A DNA stretch of 50,462 nucleotides from a virus (Duplodnaviria; Caudoviricetes). Below are positions 47,197 through 50,462 of this stretch, in pieces. Position numbers and translations under genes: made by a program. The DNA lies in the IMG/VR virus record IMGVR_UViG_3300035670_000309, positions 1-50,462 of that record, one strand, 5' to 3'. The notes below the pieces were generated by a model that saw only the letters and a list, made by a program, of their open reading frames with translations, ran no database searches and was not told where the DNA came from. Position 1 is the first letter of the stretch, and each line of letters begins with the position of its first letter.

Positions 47197-48987
47197 TTAC
47201 CGCCCAGTGGGAGCGTTTGCCCCCGTCGCCAGAGGGGCCGCAGCAGGAGCAGACGAGACCTCAGCCGTAACCGTCGCAGACTCCATTCCCGCCTTGACCG
47301 CACCTTCAAGCCGTGCAAATTGCGCGTCGTCCAGCTTTGCAACGGCGGTTGCCTGCGCTTGCTTGGTCGCCACGTCAATAGTGGTCGGAGCAACAGCACC
47401 CATTGGAGCAGTCACGGCAGCCCAGGCCGATTGCGCATCCTCAACGGCGGCGAAAAATTGACTTTTGATCGCATCGGCTGCCCCGGAGAAGTCACCACTT
47501 GAGACGGCCTGAGCAGCGCCAATGACTGCGCGGAAACCGTCGAGAAGCACCTGCAACGGCAGCAAAGCCGCGACAAAGCCGCGCCCGATAGCATCGACCC
47601 AGTCAAAGTTGGCACCATCCGAGACGCCAAAAAGCTCAAGGATCTTTACCGTCAGCTTCCCGACTTCTTCCCAAGCAAGCTGAAGCTTGGCCCATAGCGC
47701 CTGCAAGTGCGCAACGACCGGGTGCCCGGCGGCCTCCCACTGAGGATAGAGTGCAATTGCGGTTGCGATGGCGGCGGCTAGAGCAATGATCGGCAGCGAG
47801 ATAGAGCCAACCACGACCGCCAGTACCCCGCCTACAACACCGACAACGGCCAGCAGAGCCATAAACGCCACAGATGCTTTAACGATCACCGGGTTGGCCT
47901 GCATGAATGCTCTGACAGACTGCATAACGCTTACTGTCAGCGGCCCGAAATCAGCGATGACCATTTTAATAGAGTCGCCAATAGTCACCATCATATCTTC
48001 AAAACCGGCTTTGACTCGCTCGATCACGTTTGATGCGCGGCCCAGCCGGTTCTGAAACTCTTTGTCGAGAGACGCAAGGGCATCAGAAGATGCTGATTTT
48101 TCGATCATCTTGTTAAGCTGGTCAGACTGTTCAACGGCCTTCAGAACGAATCGCCCGGCTTCAGACCCATAATCCTTAAAGATGGAGGCGGCTCGCTTCA
48201 CAGCGTCCATCTTCTTGTATTTTTCAAGCTCTGCCGCGATTGTCTTTTGCGGGTTTGCCAGTAGACCCGCCATCGTCTTCTTGTTCTGCATCATCTTCCC
48301 GAACATCATGTTCAGGCCAGATGCGGCCAATTCGGGCGATGTTTCGAGGGTATCAGCAAATGATGCAAGCCCGGCAACAAGGGTGTCCGGCATTTTAAGT
48401 GTAGCCATAGTACCTGACGTGCGCTGAATGATTTCAATCATACGTGCGCCATCAGATGTGAAGTTGTCGGCCAAAAAATTGACGCGTGCCATGAGCGTTG
48501 TTACTTGGTCAACTGAAATACCGAGTTTCGCATTGATTGACCCGATAGCCTCGCCTGCGGCCTGATCGCTCATCTCAAACGCTGTTGAGACTTTGGCGAC
48601 AGTCGTCGTAAACTTTTCAAGGTCGGCCCCGGCAAGGCCCATCTTGGAGCCTTCATAGGCGATTTGAGCAAGGCCGACAGCGGACTTACCCATCTCGATA
48701 GACATATCACGAAATTTTTGCTTGAATCCGTCGATAGTCTCGGCTGGAACGTTTTTAGCTAAGTCCTGCATGGCGTCATCAAGCGCAAGAGACTTTTTGG
48801 TAGCCTCTACCAGAAACGCGCCGACACCGAGGCCAGCGATACCGTTCATGGCGGTTTGCATCCGGTCCATGAGCGGAGGGATGGGCTGCGCCGCAGACCT
48901 AAAGCGGTCCGTTGCCGCCGCAATCTTTTGCAACGGCCCCGTATATTTATTGATGACCTGATAAATATACGAGACCGTGAAAGCCAT
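47197..48987 (-). CDS. Tape measure protein
   Basis: 596-aa Ala-rich helical protein after the chaperones; N.LADN and ELAASGL motifs. Confidence 0.9.
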   Translation of the reverse strand: MAFTVSYIYQVINKYTGPLQKIAAATDRFRSAAQPIPPLMDRMQTAMNGIAGLGVGAFLVEATKKSLALDDAMQDLAKNVPAETIDGFKQKFRDMSIEMGKSAVGLAQIAYEGSKMGLAGADLEKFTTTVAKVSTAFEMSDQAAGEAIGSINAKLGISVDQVTTLMARVNFLADNFTSDGARMIEIIQRTSGTMATLKMPDTLVAGLASFADTLETSPELAASGLNMMFGKMMQNKKTMAGLLANPQKTIAAELEKYKKMDAVKRAASIFKDYGSEAGRFVLKAVEQSDQLNKMIEKSASSDALASLDKEFQNRLGRASNVIERVKAGFEDMMVTIGDSIKMVIADFGPLTVSVMQSVRAFMQANPVIVKASVAFMALLAVVGVVGGVLAVVVGSISLPIIALAAAIATAIALYPQWEAAGHPVVAHLQALWAKLQLAWEEVGKLTVKILELFGVSDGANFDWVDAIGRGFVAALLPLQVLLDGFRAVIGAAQAVSSGDFSGAADAIKSQFFAAVEDAQSAWAAVTAPMGAVAPTTIDVATKQAQATAVAKLDDAQFARLEGAVKAGMESATVTAEVSSAPAAAPLATGANAPTGR

Positions 48988-48989
48988 TT

Positions 48990-49172
48990 TTACCTCTTCT
49001 TCACAGCGCGGTTTCGCTCTTCAGCAATCCGCTGCAACTCGTCAATTGTCAGGGAAAGCTCCCACGTTGACATAGATTTTACCTCTGTCAGTGAGAGCGC
49101 CCCTTCGGAGAGCATCACGACCCTTAGGCGCTGCCGGTGCCACTCTTCCGGACTTGCGATCGCTCCTGCATA
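48990..49172 (-). CDS. -1 frame extension of the tail assembly chaperone (gpT-like)
   Basis: The -1 frame is open from the A AAT TTT slippery site (49178-49172) to TAA at 48990. Confidence 0.7.
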   Translation of the reverse strand, partial: YAGAIASPEEWHRQRLRVVMLSEGALSLTEVKSMSTWELSLTIDELQRIAEERNRAVKKR

Positions 49173-49639
49173 AAATTTACATAGGCGGCAGCCATGTTGA
49201 GGTGATCTTCAGGGCTGATTTCATCAAGGATAGATGCAGTAAAGACTTGCTCGTTATTGATCTTCGCCGCTACATGCTTGTGAGTTGTGGTGACGAGCTT
49301 ATCAAAAGCAGCGATAAAGCCGTCTGTGTCAAAGCTATCAATCATCAGCAGCATTTCGCCAAGGTCAGACGAAACATCCGTCTCGGTCGCTTCATGAGGC
49401 TTTTTCAGCGTCGAATCAGCGATAGCGGCTTTAGCCCCGCCCATCTGATCGGCAAGCGCCATCAGTTTTGGGAAGGCCGCCATATAGATGTTTTTGAGCC
49501 GTAAAGCAGGCCCGACATGGGACCCCTGCGGCTCAAAAAACGTCACAAAAGTACCCGTCCGGGGCTGCCCCCCGAACGCATACTGGACCGGCCTCGTCAG
49601 TTGAAAATCAAACGTGCCGTCAATCAAGTTGGTGTTCAT
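49124..49639 (-). CDS. Tail assembly chaperone (gpG-like)
   Basis: Lies between the tube and tape measure genes. Confidence 0.75.
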   Translation of the reverse strand: MNTNLIDGTFDFQLTRPVQYAFGGQPRTGTFVTFFEPQGSHVGPALRLKNIYMAAFPKLMALADQMGGAKAAIADSTLKKPHEATETDVSSDLGEMLLMIDSFDTDGFIAAFDKLVTTTHKHVAAKINNEQVFTASILDEISPEDHLNMAAAYVNFMQERSQVRKSGTGSA

Positions 49640-49660
49640 CAGTCCTGCCTTTCTGATGTG

Positions 49661-50059
49661 TTACGCGCCGGTCATCGGATCGCCTGACCACTCCAGCGAC
49701 ACGGTACCATCTGCCGAAATGGTGCGTTCAACGGCGTTCATCAGCGACATGCCCGGGAAGTTCCGAGTCACCGGAGAGCCGTTCACGGTCGCGACGAAGG
49801 AAATAAAGTTTCCGCCGACAGACTGCTTCCACTCGGCAATCTGGCCGTCAAGCTCTGTGGTGTTGTAAAGCTCGAAAGACACTTTCGAAATGCGGGTTTC
49901 AGCATTGATCGTGTGCACAGAAACAGCGCGGTTCCCGGCCATCGCAGACCGAACATTAACCTCTCCCTCCCCTGCGTCGTAGGTCAGAGAGTTGGGAACG
50001 ATAGCCAGCGCTACGTTGTTAATCGTAACCGAGGCAACCGAAAGAGCGATTGAAGCCAT
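49661..50059 (-). CDS. Tail tube protein
   Basis: 132 aa directly after the sheath; DGTVSLEWSG C-terminus. Confidence 0.8.
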   Translation of the reverse strand: MASIALSVASVTINNVALAIVPNSLTYDAGEGEVNVRSAMAGNRAVSVHTINAETRISKVSFELYNTTELDGQIAEWKQSVGGNFISFVATVNGSPVTRNFPGMSLMNAVERTISADGTVSLEWSGDPMTGA

Positions 50060-50071
50060 ATCCGGCCCTCC

Positions 50072-50335
50072 TTACAGATTGATTTGCGTCCCGGTCTGGC
50101 CGACCGAGAAGGAGAACTGAAGAGAATAGTTGATGGTGCGAAGCTGCGTCACGATGTACAGCGGCCCGCTGATGGTGGCGGTGCCGGTGGAAAGGTTAAC
50201 GGTGACGGTGGTGTTGTCGCTGAACGCGGCTTCAGCAGCCTGCCCTGCCTGCACCAGACCAGCATTGGCGAGAGTGCGGTAAATGTCGGCGCACACCGAC
50301 TTGATGGTTCCAGCGTTAGCCATGTTGAGGCCCGG
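50072..50335 (-). CDS. Tail sheath protein, C-terminal part
   Basis: ORF 50072-50398 (...RAAFSQSRLT...GPLYIVTQLRTI) is the in-frame continuation of 1-1308 and sits directly upstream of the tube gene. Confidence 0.85.
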   Translation of the reverse strand, partial: PGLNMANAGTIKSVCADIYRTLANAGLVQAGQAAEAAFSDNTTVTVNLSTGTATISGPLYIVTQLRTINYSLQFSFSVGQTGTQINL

Positions 50336-50462
50336 AATCACGTCCCCAGAAGTCAAACGGGACTGGCTGAAGGCCGCCCGTAGCACCCGGAAGAACACTT
50401 CACGGCAGACAGAGCCGGTATCTACATAGTTGAGATATTTGAAGGAAACGTTCTCATTCCCC
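50336..50462. repeat. Terminal direct repeat, copy of 1-127
   Basis: Exact 127-bp duplicate of the window start. Confidence 0.95.

Overview
The window is an apparently complete, circularly permuted phage genome of about 50,335 bp; bases 1-127 are repeated exactly at 50336-50462. It encodes an HK97-type head (terminase, portal, protease, capsid), a Mu-like contractile tail and baseplate, an M15 endolysin with a holin, a lambdoid-style replication initiator with internal iterons, a RecT-like module, SSB, dCTP deaminase, a BRO antirepressor and tRNA-Arg(TCT). GapR/DUF2312, a GcrA-like protein and the SSB type point to an alphaproteobacterial host. I could not find an integrase. The standout locus is 13030-14819 on the minus strand: a TnpB/Cas12-like gene that appears nuclease-dead (RuvC-II Glu, zinc finger and RuvC-III Asp not recognisable). 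It carries an in-frame leader plus repeat-spacer-repeat cassette inside its own coding sequence. A second, homologous cassette follows a small coupled ORF downstream. The two cassettes share a hairpin with an ATGTC loop and a covarying leader:repeat pairing, which suggests a phage RNA-guided DNA-binding or repression system. Other notable items are a ~550-nt ORF-free structured RNA candidate, an anti-SD small RNA candidate, a Tad2-family anti-defence fusion inserted in the head operon, a 60-bp tandem LRR-like gene, and inverted promoter/operator cassettes flanking the recombination module. All protein calls come from motif recognition by eye, without database searches.
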